A model generated the notes under the pieces. That model was not told where the DNA came from. It did not search any database and worked only from the letters and a program-made list of their open reading frames with translations. Position numbers and translations under genes: made by a program. Positions 21,275 to 30,016 of a DNA stretch of 64,000 nt are shown piece by piece. Location: assembly GCA_963765205.1 (NCBI GenBank), contig CAVXVB010000002.1:96001-160000 (forward strand), given 5' to 3'. The DNA comes from an uncultured Verrucomicrobiae bacterium. GTDB lineage: Bacteria; Verrucomicrobiota; Verrucomicrobiia; Opitutales; JABDGR01. Numbering within the stretch: position 1 is the first letter of the stretch; every line of letters starts with the position of its first letter.

Positions 21275-21541
21275 CCGGCGTGCCGCACACCGTTCAGCCT
21301 TGGAGGCTTGACCTCGTCCTGAAGCGTGGTGGCGGCCTGCCGTTGGCTTTGGGCAGTTCGAACAGTTGCCTGAGCGTCCCGCAGTCGCGGGAACAGCTCG
21401 CTTAACTTGGAGGAATCTAGCTTGAACTCCGCGATTGTCTATTATGGAATGGATGTGAAGGCCACGTTGGAACTAGCAGGCCCGGCCGGTGGCCAGACCT
21501 TTCCGAACACGCCGCGCGGCCACGGGCGGTTGTTCGGATGA
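21275..21541 (+). mobile_element. IS110-family left end (putative bridge-RNA region) plus truncated transposase N-terminus 21422-21541
   Basis: GGAGG RBS then MNSAIVYYGMDVKATLELAGPAGGQTFPNTPRGHGRLFG* resembling the IS110 DEDD start; structured leader containing CGAACAGTTGCCTGAGC. Confidence 0.65.
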
Positions 21542-21787
21542 TTAAAACCCGCCAAACCCTCTTAAACGCCCCTGCAGCGCGGGTTAAGACCGCGTTTTTC
21601 GCCCACCTTGAACCTTGCGAATTTTACGATTTTTCCCAAACCTTCGGTTTTTGTTCCCAAGCCCAACGGCGTTTTACAGCACTTCCGATGCTATGGTTGG
21701 CGCGTGGGTTCATTTCCGGTCCAGCCCGTCGTAGGTGTAGGCTTCGCTCTGCCCACCCAATCTCTACTATACTAATTATGGTATTTA

Positions 21788-22669
21788 GAGCTTATCCGTA
21801 AATAAAAGTTGTTCGTCTGCAAACAATAAGCGCGCTGGCGAGACAGAGCAAGGCTTCGTGGGAGGCGGCGGTTTTCTCAAACCGCACGAGGAGTTTGCGG
21901 TAGCGGTTGAGCCAGGAAGCGGTGCGTTCCACCACCCAGCGACGGGCTTGGCCGGTGGATCGGCGCGGGGCTGGTTTGGCTCCGCGGGCAGGCACATGCG
22001 GACGGTAGCCGTATTGGCGCATGGTGCGCAGGCCCGGTTTCCCCCAGTAACCCTTGTCGGCACACAAATGGGCCGTGCGCCGGTCGTGGCGCTGGCGCAA
22101 CGTGCGGCGCACCAGCGTCACGTCGTGTTCATTGGCCCCGGCGACGATGAGCGACAGCGGGACGCCACGGGCGTCCACCAGCACGCTGCGCTTGCTCCCA
22201 TTTTTTTCCCCGGTCGGTGGGGTTGGCTCCCACCGCTTCGCGCGCCAGAGGGGCCTTGACCAGGGAGCCATCGATGCTTTGCCACCGCCACGCGATGCCC
22301 TCCAATTCATCGTAGTCGGCCAGACCGGCCCGCCACAACGCCTCGAAGAATCCGGCGGCGTGCCACTGCTGAAAGTATTTGTGCACGGAACTGGCGCTGC
22401 CATACCGGGCCTTGGACAGCGCTTTCCACTGGCAACCCGTGCGCAGCACGTAAACCACCGCCTCGAAGATGCGTCGAGGCGCGAGGGCCTTGCGGCCCGC
22501 GCCTGCGGCGCGACGGTAGCGCCCGCCCGCCTTCCGGCCGGCGCGCGCGGGAACCAAAGGCTCGACTTTGGCCCAGAATTCATCAGAGATTTCCCAGGAG
22601 GATAGTCGCGGCATCCCCGCAGTTTATCCCGCCGCCTTCTCAACGCAATCCTTATTTACGGATAAGCTC
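21788..22669 (-). mobile_element. IS5-family insertion sequence, copy 2 (inverted relative to copy 1)
   Basis: Same TIRs, same 882-bp length, identical ORF translations, TA flanks. Confidence 0.95.
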
Positions 22670-22871
22670 TAAGACAAATGCAGCATGCGGAGTTCTGGAT
22701 TCTGAATCCTGCATTCTGAAATCTAAATTCCGAAATTTGAAATCTGAAATACATGCCCATCTCCTCGGCCAATCCTCAATTACTTCAGTGCCGCCTTTCC
22801 AGTGCCTTAGTCGCTTCAGTCGCCTTTGCCCCCTCTGCTCCTTCATTCCTTGCTCCTCACTCCACCACTCC

Positions 22872-22900
22872 TTGACTCCCACCCACTTCGCCCCTAGAAA
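22872..22900 (+). promoter_or_regulatory. Putative sigma70 promoter of tRNA-Ser
   Basis: TTGACT-17bp-TAGAAA ending 7 bp before the tRNA. Confidence 0.5.
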
Positions 22901-24270
22901 CCCCAGCGGAAGGGTGGCAGAGTGGACGATTGCGGCGGCCTTGAAATCCGCTGAGGCGCAAGCCTCCGGGGGTTCGAATCCCTCCCCTTCCGCTTTTCTG
23001 GATTTTGACTGACTTGGACAACCGTGGACAACGCTGGACTAACCGACTCAGTTTCAACGGTTTCCAGCGTCGAAATTACTTCTTGGGATTTATTCTCACG
23101 ATGGCCGTTGGACAGACTTTGACCGTTTTGCCCACTTTTAGGTGGGTAAAACGCTGGGTCATTGCTTACCTGGGGGTTTTTTACCCACACATTTTTTGGC
23201 CCCTTTAGATCAAGGTTCACCACTTGTTCCAGCGCGCCCCTCAAATCGAGCTTGGTTACGTCGGTATAAACCTCGTTCGTGAGGTGAAGGCTTTTGTGCC
23301 GGGCGAGTTGTTGCAGGATGCGAGGCGGGATTCCGGCGCGCTGGCCGCGTGTGATAAACGTGCGCCTAAAAGTGTGAAAACCAATGGGGCGGCCAAGCTC
23401 ATCTTCCAACGGGATGCCCGCTTTCGCCAAATCTTCCTTGAGGCTGGTATGCATGGCGACGCCGCGACGGAAGACGCGCATCTCCGGTTTCCAGTAGGGC
23501 GGGCGGAAGGCTTCCAGTTCGCGCGCCAAATCCACACACAAGGGAATGACATCCCAGCGGCGGCCCTTGGTTGCCTCGGGGCGCAGGGTTAAGGTTGGTT
23601 GCTCGCCAAACCGCACGTCACTCCATTGCAGTTTGCGGGCTTCCATATGCCGCAGACCGGTCGAAACGAGCAGTTGGTAGAGCAGACGCCATTTCTTGGA
23701 GACGGTCAGGAGCGCGCTCAACTCTTCGTCACTAAACGCGCGTGGGCCTTCCCGGTATTTTGCGCTGACGGTGAGCTTTTTGATCCGCCGCCTGATCAGG
23801 TTGGGTGCCCCGTAAATTTCCTCCACCCAATTGAGGAAGGCCGTAAGCGCGGTCAGATAGTGGTTCAGCGTGCGCGTGGCAAAGCCTTCCTGACGGTTGC
23901 GCCAGTCTTGGAAAGCTTTGGGCGTGATGTCGCGCAGGGTGTTCCACCGGCACGACCGGGCCAAGATAGGCAGGCGGTTTTTGATCTGCCGAACATAATC
24001 CGGCGCCCGGCCCCGGTGGTGGAGTTCCGCCACAAATTCTTCGATGAGTTCTTGCAGCGGGCGGCTCTGGGCCTGTCGGGCGGTCTTGGCCGGGATTTTG
24101 CCCGCCCGTTCCATCTCCGCATCCTGGGCAATCTGCTTGAGCTTGTCCCAGGCCAATTCCTTGTTGGCCGTGCCCAGGCCGACCTCGTGCCGGGCGGGAT
24201 CGTCACCGATACGAAACCGGCCACGGTAGGTATTGTAACGCTTATTCGGTTTGAGTAGATACATCATCAT
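22894..24270 (-). CDS. Tyrosine integrase whose 3' end reads through att and antisense across tRNA-Ser
   Basis: TGLRHMEA, HTFRRT, ARHKS...VY catalytic residues. Confidence 0.93.
   Translation of the reverse strand: MMMYLLKPNKRYNTYRGRFRIGDDPARHEVGLGTANKELAWDKLKQIAQDAEMERAGKIPAKTARQAQSRPLQELIEEFVAELHHRGRAPDYVRQIKNRLPILARSCRWNTLRDITPKAFQDWRNRQEGFATRTLNHYLTALTAFLNWVEEIYGAPNLIRRRIKKLTVSAKYREGPRAFSDEELSALLTVSKKWRLLYQLLVSTGLRHMEARKLQWSDVRFGEQPTLTLRPEATKGRRWDVIPLCVDLARELEAFRPPYWKPEMRVFRRGVAMHTSLKEDLAKAGIPLEDELGRPIGFHTFRRTFITRGQRAGIPPRILQQLARHKSLHLTNEVYTDVTKLDLRGALEQVVNLDLKGPKNVWVKNPQVSNDPAFYPPKSGQNGQSLSNGHRENKSQEVISTLETVETESVSPALSTVVQVSQNPEKRKGRDSNPRRLAPQRISRPPQSSTLPPFRWGF
22908..22992 (+). tRNA. 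tRNA-Ser(TGA), no encoded CCA; integration target
   Basis: GGAAGGG/CCCTTCC acceptor stem, CTTGAAA loop, long variable arm GAGGCGCAAGCCTC, GGTTCGAAT T-loop. Confidence 0.93.
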
Positions 24271-24467
24271 TGTTGCCCGCCTCCATATCGGGTGGTCTGT
24301 CGTTCGTAAAATTTCTTGATTTCCCGCTCCCAGATAAACCAGCGCCCGCCGATTTTGAAAGCAGGAAGTTTGCCCTTCCAAATGAGCCGCCGCACCGTCT
24401 TTTCACAGACGGGAAACAGCTTGAACGCCTCATCCAGGCGCAGGGGAATTTCGATGGGAGCGTTCAT
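24267..24467 (-). CDS. Excisionase-like HTH protein
   Basis: LRLDEAF...EKTVRRLIWKGKLPAFKIGGRW; ATGA overlap with int. Confidence 0.88.
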   Translation of the reverse strand: MNAPIEIPLRLDEAFKLFPVCEKTVRRLIWKGKLPAFKIGGRWFIWEREIKKFYERQTTRYGGGQQ

Positions 24468-25174
24468 GATCTTAGGTTTTTGAGGTTTTTGAGAAGTTTT
24501 GGCACCGGGACTTCGCCCGCGTCGTGTGTTTCCATTAGCTTGGCCAGCCACCAGCCCACTTTCAGACAGCTTACCCCGCTGAATCCGCCATTAATAATGG
24601 GTTTAAGAATATCGGCGGCAAATTTTTCGCCGGAGTCGTATTTGAATACCGCTGCCATGTCATTGATGCGTTGCGCCTCATACTGGTTCAAGGGAACGTG
24701 CAGCATGGCGGCTTGGCCTCTTTTGGCGTCTCTCTCTTTCTCAATTGCCTGCTCGTTCAGTTCGTCAAACAAGCTGGCGTTGGCTTTGGTCATTTCCCGC
24801 TCCGTCATGCCTCTTTCCCTGGCTCGCTCTTCTATGTCTTTGCGCCAAGACCGGCACTCGCTGACCGGGACATAGGCAAACGGCTCTTTTTTGATCGTTT
24901 TGTTTATGCCAAGAAAATTTGTGCGCCGTTCCGTGACGGTGAACTCGAACACGGTCAATCTGCCGCGATCCATGCGCTCATGCAATGCCGACCGGGAGAC
25001 CGGGCAGTAAAGCTGAACGGCTCCCAGGCTGATGGTTGGCCCTACCGCTGCCGTTACAGTGTCAAACCAGCGGCCCGCTTCCTCTTGGGAGCCGCTTTTC
25101 TGATAAATAAGGGTCGCAGGCTTGGGGTCACCAAGGTAGCGATGAAGATCCGGCGATATTTTGACGTAGTCCAT
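24464..25174 (-). CDS. Hypothetical probable DNA-binding protein
   Basis: HTH-like CPVSRSALHERMDRGRL; first gene of the ATGA-coupled chain. Confidence 0.65.
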   Translation of the reverse strand: MDYVKISPDLHRYLGDPKPATLIYQKSGSQEEAGRWFDTVTAAVGPTISLGAVQLYCPVSRSALHERMDRGRLTVFEFTVTERRTNFLGINKTIKKEPFAYVPVSECRSWRKDIEERARERGMTEREMTKANASLFDELNEQAIEKERDAKRGQAAMLHVPLNQYEAQRINDMAAVFKYDSGEKFAADILKPIINGGFSGVSCLKVGWWLAKLMETHDAGEVPVPKLLKNLKNLRS

Positions 25175-25194
25175 AAATTTGCCTTAATTTTTGT

Positions 25195-25222
25195 AAGGTA
25201 TCATTGCCCAACTGTTTGTCAA
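25195..25222 (-). promoter_or_regulatory. Putative sigma70 promoter for the orf236-xis-int operon
   Basis: TTGACA-16bp-TACCTT with TG extension, about 20 bp upstream of ATG 25174. Confidence 0.55.
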
Positions 25223-25251
25223 GAAACTATTTTTGGCCCGACGCTCGGCCC

Positions 25252-25303
25252 GGTTGCCGGGTGGGCGCGAGCTCGCGGGGCGGCTACGTCCCACCCGGCA
25301 ACC
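25252..25303. repeat. 14-bp inverted-repeat hairpin (terminator or single-strand origin candidate)
   Basis: GGTTGCCGGGTGGG...CCCACCCGGCAACC. Confidence 0.6.
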
Positions 25304-25363
25304 CTGCCTCGCTAAAGGCAGATATGTCCGGCGCAGACCGTCTCGTTCTGTAAAGTAGTGGGA

Positions 25364-26266
25364 TTACAGATCAGAACAAGACGGACTGCACTTAACCGGT
25401 GGTCGTAGAATATATGAAAACTCGAATTTTGAATGACTCGTCACCGATTGCTTGAAATAAAAATCAGTTAGTCCCTGAAAAGCGTGGGCACCTTCGATTT
25501 TGACTTTCAATGTTTCCTCCATATTTATTCCAAAGATTATTCCTTTTAATGATTGCGGCTCTATTTGAAGAAATTCACGGTCTTTCTCTCTAACGAGTAA
25601 TTTGGCTAATTTTGGCTGATGTTTCGTGTTAAAGACAAATCTAACTTCATTTTCGTATGACCATGCCGCTTGTTTTCTGGAGGCAAGTCCTTTAGTAAGT
25701 TCAGACATTATATCATCGTCAAAATCTTGGGGCTTAATTTGCAAACGGTAATTATTGTAGTCGATTTTGAGCCTTACCATCTCGGAAAACGGCATGACGT
25801 TTGAGTTTAGCTCCACGACAAATCCCTTATGTTTTCTTCCGTAATGCGCCCACATCAGAGGACAGGCTTCATTTGTCGTGCAGCATAGCACGGCAAATTG
25901 CTCTGCCGCCATATTGCGAAATTCCTGACAAAGAATTTTTAGAAAACCCTGCAATAATTCTTCCAATTGGTCATTAGGCAACCCTTCGAGAATTTCGACG
26001 AAAGAGTACCCATTAATGTTTGATGACCTTTTTTTTTCCATCTCCTGGCGCAGCGGTGCCTTCGTTCTTAATGCTTCGATCCATTCATTTCGACTTATGG
26101 CGGGGTCAAGCGAAGGGAAAAATTCAAACGGATCATTAAATGCCGACGGACGCGATACGGGGAGCAAGCATCTGTTAAAATAATCAACATAATCTGCGCT
26201 CAAATACACGAAAATACGATTCGTTTGTGCAATTGTTTTCATTTTCAAAGCTTTATTTTTGCTCAT
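25364..26266 (-). CDS. DUF2971-family protein
   Basis: FNDPFE, LMWAHYG..HKGFVVE, K..AWSYENEVR; AT-rich. Confidence 0.85.
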   Translation of the reverse strand: MSKNKALKMKTIAQTNRIFVYLSADYVDYFNRCLLPVSRPSAFNDPFEFFPSLDPAISRNEWIEALRTKAPLRQEMEKKRSSNINGYSFVEILEGLPNDQLEELLQGFLKILCQEFRNMAAEQFAVLCCTTNEACPLMWAHYGRKHKGFVVELNSNVMPFSEMVRLKIDYNNYRLQIKPQDFDDDIMSELTKGLASRKQAAWSYENEVRFVFNTKHQPKLAKLLVREKDREFLQIEPQSLKGIIFGINMEETLKVKIEGAHAFQGLTDFYFKQSVTSHSKFEFSYILRPPVKCSPSCSDL

Positions 26267-26365
26267 AGTTAATTGCTTTTTTGGGTTGGCGCGCCTTGGA
26301 GGAGGGGGTAATTGACCATGCCACGCTAAACACCTCATTTTTTTACCGTTGCCTTTTATCGAGCA

Positions 26366-27505
26366 TTATTTTTTAGTCGCAGCCTCGGCTAAATGGATAG
26401 CATCTATAACCTTGTTAACACCGACGGTTGTAAATGATACTGTAACAGGACTCTCATCATAGGGCGTAACCCGGATCAGAAAAGAATCAACTTTAGACAA
26501 ATGAGCCATGACTTCGTTCATATCCCCGTCAAAAAAAAGCGCCGTATTATCAGTAGACAAACTCCACTTCTGCTCTTGGGCAGCTTCCTTGCCATAACGA
26601 ACGGTTGCTTGAATATCATCGGTGCCAAGAAAAACACCAAAGTTAACATATCCTTCAGTTTTCCCTTCTTTATATCTGAGAACCATAGTAGGTGTGTGTT
26701 CGCCAAAGCCTGCTTTTATGGAATTGTCCGCGACCAATGTCCCAATTACCGTTTGTGAATCGTCTATAGGGGATATTGTTGTGTCAATTTTCCAAATACC
26801 CACTGCGGATACTTGTGCCGGCATTATGGGTGGCTCTGGTGGAGTTGCAGTCTTATTATTATACATGACAATACATACCCCACAAAACACGATGATAAAG
26901 ATAGTAGTCGCAAAAACCCACCGGGTTTTTGGCGCATAATTTGTAAGGTTGACGAATTCGCCGTTGCAACCGACGCATACCCGCGCGTCCTTATGCACCT
27001 TCGTTTTGCAGACAGAGCAACGCCAGAAAGTGGCCATCCTGCTCCCAATGACCAGCACAACAAATCCGGCAAGAAAAAAAACGATTCCAAAGAAAAAAAA
27101 GATGGTCGTGAAAAAGAAAAGTCCGCTAAAGAACATCAATAAAACACCAATCCCCTGGACCAAACAGCCTATTCCCAACGATTCCGACGTTTTTTCTTTC
27201 GTGATCAGGCTCTTGCTGACAATCACCGCCAGCTTTTTAGGCGGTGTTGCTTGCGTGGGAGGCAGTTGTGGCGGAGGCTCTTGCAGCACTGCCGCGCCCT
27301 CCAATTCTACCCAGGGCGGCGGCGTCATGCCCGCTTGCGTGACATGGATGAGATGCACCCGTTGCCCTGGATTGCTCGCCCGCGTCCACATGGCATCATC
27401 CAGCGTCACGGTCTCCGGTGCCGGTGGCTCCCCGCCAATGCTGATGCACCATTGGTCTGGCAGCGCGTTATCCGCCAGCCATTTTTCGAGCGCGGCCTTC
27501 GTCAT
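26366..27505 (-). CDS. Membrane protein: TM helices, Zn ribbon, C-terminal VasI/TagO-like periplasmic domain
   Basis: CSVC..CVGC; W....ISPIDDS..., W.LSTDNTALFF; ATGA overlap with the PLD gene. Confidence 0.65.
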   Translation of the reverse strand: MTKAALEKWLADNALPDQWCISIGGEPPAPETVTLDDAMWTRASNPGQRVHLIHVTQAGMTPPPWVELEGAAVLQEPPPQLPPTQATPPKKLAVIVSKSLITKEKTSESLGIGCLVQGIGVLLMFFSGLFFFTTIFFFFGIVFFLAGFVVLVIGSRMATFWRCSVCKTKVHKDARVCVGCNGEFVNLTNYAPKTRWVFATTIFIIVFCGVCIVMYNNKTATPPEPPIMPAQVSAVGIWKIDTTISPIDDSQTVIGTLVADNSIKAGFGEHTPTMVLRYKEGKTEGYVNFGVFLGTDDIQATVRYGKEAAQEQKWSLSTDNTALFFDGDMNEVMAHLSKVDSFLIRVTPYDESPVTVSFTTVGVNKVIDAIHLAEAATKK

Positions 27506-28083
27506 GGCCCAATCTTCGCGCTGGCCGCCGCCGTTGGCAACTCCGTTTTGGCGGGGTGTAACATGGCCCACGCCTTGTGCTCGGAAAAGTATTTCACGAA
27601 CGCCGCCGCCCATTCCTTGTCCGCGAACAGCCGCACCGAGTTCCCCTCCAACCACCCCGCTGCCGTGAAGTTCACGCTCCCCTCCCAACAAGTCACCGAG
27701 CCGTCCTTATGCAAGACAACGAACGCCTTCCAATGGAAAATCTCCCTCGGCTCCGGGCTGGGCGCGCCCGCCGTGGTCAGTGTCAATTCACCCGCCGGCA
27801 AAACCGCCGCCAATTCCGCCAGCGCCTTCTTTTCCGCCGGGACGGCGGATTCCGACCGGTCGAGTAGTAAATGCACCTTCGCCCCCGTCCCCTCGTCCTG
27901 CACCAACGCTGCCACCAGTGGCTGCCAGGTGAACGAATAAGCCATGACGTAAATCTCATCCCCTTTGCCCAAACCACTCACCGCGCCCAGCAAAGCCCCC
28001 TGCGCGGCGCTGCGGTCTTCGGGCAGGAAGTAATTTACCTCGGTGTCGACAGCTTGGGCACCAAGCACAAAAACACCAAGCAC
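27502..28083 (-). CDS. Phospholipase D/Nuc-family nuclease-like protein, probably secreted
   Basis: IYVMAYSFT, VHLLLD, FHWK...GSVNFT...EGN; upstream in-frame IRILKCVLVLGVFVLGAQA looks like a signal peptide. Confidence 0.8.
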   Translation of the reverse strand: MLGVFVLGAQAVDTEVNYFLPEDRSAAQGALLGAVSGLGKGDEIYVMAYSFTWQPLVAALVQDEGTGAKVHLLLDRSESAVPAEKKALAELAAVLPAGELTLTTAGAPSPEPREIFHWKAFVVLHKDGSVTCWEGSVNFTAAGWLEGNSVRLFADKEWAAAFVKYFSEHKAWAMLHPAKTELPTAAASAKIGP

Positions 28084-28139
28084 TAAAACACATTTAAGAA
28101 TTCGTATCGTCTCTCAGCTAACCCCATCAATCACGCAAA

Positions 28140-28293
28140 GTTTCAGGCGTAAAGCCGCGAATTGCTCCGCCTCCGCCTTCGTCGCCAGGTCCCGATAATG
28201 ATTGTGCAACAACGTCTTGCCGCCCAAATGGCCGATCACCAGCGGTGTCTTTCCCGCGTCCTGGTAAAGCACCAAATGATAGGTCGCGAACGT
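28140..28293 (-). pseudogene. C-terminal fragment of an unrelated tyrosine recombinase
   Basis: TFATYHLVLYQDAGKTPLVIGHLGGKTLLHNHYRDLATKAEAEQF (GH...HY catalytic end); not in the ORF track. Confidence 0.7.
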
Positions 28294-28434
28294 GACTGAA
28301 ATTAAATCGATTTTTCGGGGTTGCCGGGGTCTGAGGGTGGGAGTTAGCCGATGGAACTTTCAACTTTGACCCGGTGGCGGTAAAGGGATGAATCGGAGCG
28401 ATAGCAGGAGGCTCAGGCCGCCCCTGCACCTGGC

Positions 28435-29595
28435 CTATTTCGCACGGTGGATGCGACTCAGGGCGTGGTATTGGGCGTGGAGACCGATGGTGCCGAGGAG
28501 GGGTTCGTTTTGGCGTTGGATGGCTTGCTCGTATTCCTGCCGGGCACTTTCGCTAAGCTTGGCGAGGTCAGGAGGGTGCGGGACGGTGAGGGCCAGGATG
28601 AATTCGCGCAGCTTGTAAGCCCAGCGGCGACCAAAGCGACGATTCAGGGAGTCCATATCACGGCAGCCGAAACGTTGGGCGACCAGGGCGACTTTCTTCC
28701 GCCAGACCCTGGCATTGCCACCGACCCAGCAGAATTGCGCCCCGGCCATGCGTTTCTTGGAGGCCGCGCGGGAGCAGCCATACATGCGGTAGCGTTTTTC
28801 ACCGGGTTTGCGGCCCGCGTAGCCTTTGGCGAGGTAGCCCGAGAGGTAGCGGCCCATGGCCTTGCCGCAGGTGCGAATGGGGCAGAGTTGAAAGCGCCCA
28901 AACTTGTAGCGGCGCAGACGGCGCGGTGCAGCTCGTTTGCCAAGCCCAGTGCAGCCAGCGTGACGATTCTTTGACCGCGCCGGTTTGCCCCATAGGTCTA
29001 GCCCGATGGCTTTCCACAGAGCGCGGATGGGGTGATCAAGCGGCGCGGCCTCGCGCATCAGCATCCGATAGACGCCGTCCTGGCCGTGGGTCTTAGCCCG
29101 GCGCTTGGCGGCTTCAAAAGAGTCGAAGCGAAAACCCGTGCGGACATCAAACGGCACCTGGACCAGCAAGTGGAAGTGCCAGGCTCCGTCGGCATGGCGT
29201 TCAATGACGCGCCACCAAGTGCCAGGGAAGTATTTCGGCAGGATGCGACGGCTCAGGCTATGGAAGGCACGTTGCGCTTCTACGTAATCGTAAACCTTCT
29301 TTTCAAAAGTGAGCGTCCATTCCAGGACATGGTCAATGCCGGCCGTGTCGATGAAATCGGCCAAGTTGAGGTGGAGGGCGTAAGCGGCCTTTTTTTGATA
29401 CGAGGTGTTGTCGTTTAGTAAGCTGCCGTTGGTGTTGGGCTTGGAAGCCGACGAAACTGTTTCGTCTCTGTTAATGATTAGTTGACGAGGAAGCGGCTCG
29501 CTACGCTCGCCGCTTCGGGCGGCGGGGGCCGGCGCGCCCGCTGACGCGGGCGCATCCGGCCCCTCGCACGCCCGAGTTGGGATGAGGGCGTTCAT
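28435..29595 (-). CDS. HUH rolling-circle replication initiator (Rep)
   Basis: Motif I WTLTF, motif II ERH..GAWHFHLLV, motif III YLSGYLAK with two Tyr. Confidence 0.85.
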   Translation of the reverse strand: MNALIPTRACEGPDAPASAGAPAPAARSGERSEPLPRQLIINRDETVSSASKPNTNGSLLNDNTSYQKKAAYALHLNLADFIDTAGIDHVLEWTLTFEKKVYDYVEAQRAFHSLSRRILPKYFPGTWWRVIERHADGAWHFHLLVQVPFDVRTGFRFDSFEAAKRRAKTHGQDGVYRMLMREAAPLDHPIRALWKAIGLDLWGKPARSKNRHAGCTGLGKRAAPRRLRRYKFGRFQLCPIRTCGKAMGRYLSGYLAKGYAGRKPGEKRYRMYGCSRAASKKRMAGAQFCWVGGNARVWRKKVALVAQRFGCRDMDSLNRRFGRRWAYKLREFILALTVPHPPDLAKLSESARQEYEQAIQRQNEPLLGTIGLHAQYHALSRIHRAK

Positions 29596-29819
29596 GTTCC
29601 CTCCTCCCATTCACGACGTTTAGAAATCGGCCCCTCGACTTTTTCGAGGACGCCGAGTTTTGCTAGGCGGTCAAAGATTGTCTCGCCCGGTGGTTCACCA
29701 GGAGGCCGGAGTTTGCCCTTGCGCCAAGTGCTAAAATGCGGCGCGACCCACGACTTGTCGTAGTTCTGCGCCTTTGCATACCACGATTCCAGCTGCCGTT
29801 GTTTCTCGGGGTCGTTCAT
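29592..29819 (-). CDS. Hypothetical 75-aa protein coupled to rep
   Basis: ATGA overlaps on both sides; AGGAGG RBS upstream. Confidence 0.65.
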   Translation of the reverse strand: MNDPEKQRQLESWYAKAQNYDKSWVAPHFSTWRKGKLRPPGEPPGETIFDRLAKLGVLEKVEGPISKRREWEEGT

Positions 29820-30016
29820 GGCCGACCTCCTTTCGCGGCATCAACCAACGCAAGGATAGCAGCCCGGATTTCCTCTGGCAGATTTGCCCAGGAGAGGACT
29901 ACTTTGGCAAGGTCTTGCCCCGCGTTGCCGGGAGTAGGTGGGTATTTTGCTGGGTCAGTGTTTTTTTTGGCTTTGGCAAGATTCTCACCGACAACTAACT
30001 TACGATTTTGCTGTAG
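29816..30016 (-). other. Detached 3' segment of the integrase gene (66 codons)
   Basis: Same reading register (S-N-P) across the att core as int; DLAKVVLSWANLPEEIRAAILALV. Confidence 0.7.

Noticed and set aside
22934..22951. C-U mismatch at the base of the tRNA-Ser anticodon stem as a sign of a pseudo-tRNA
   Set aside because: All other arms are intact and a promoter is present; one mismatch may be natural or a sequence error
26366..26800. Type VI secretion system inferred from the VasI/TagO-like domain
   Set aside because: No other T6SS genes in the window; the domain resemblance alone is insufficient
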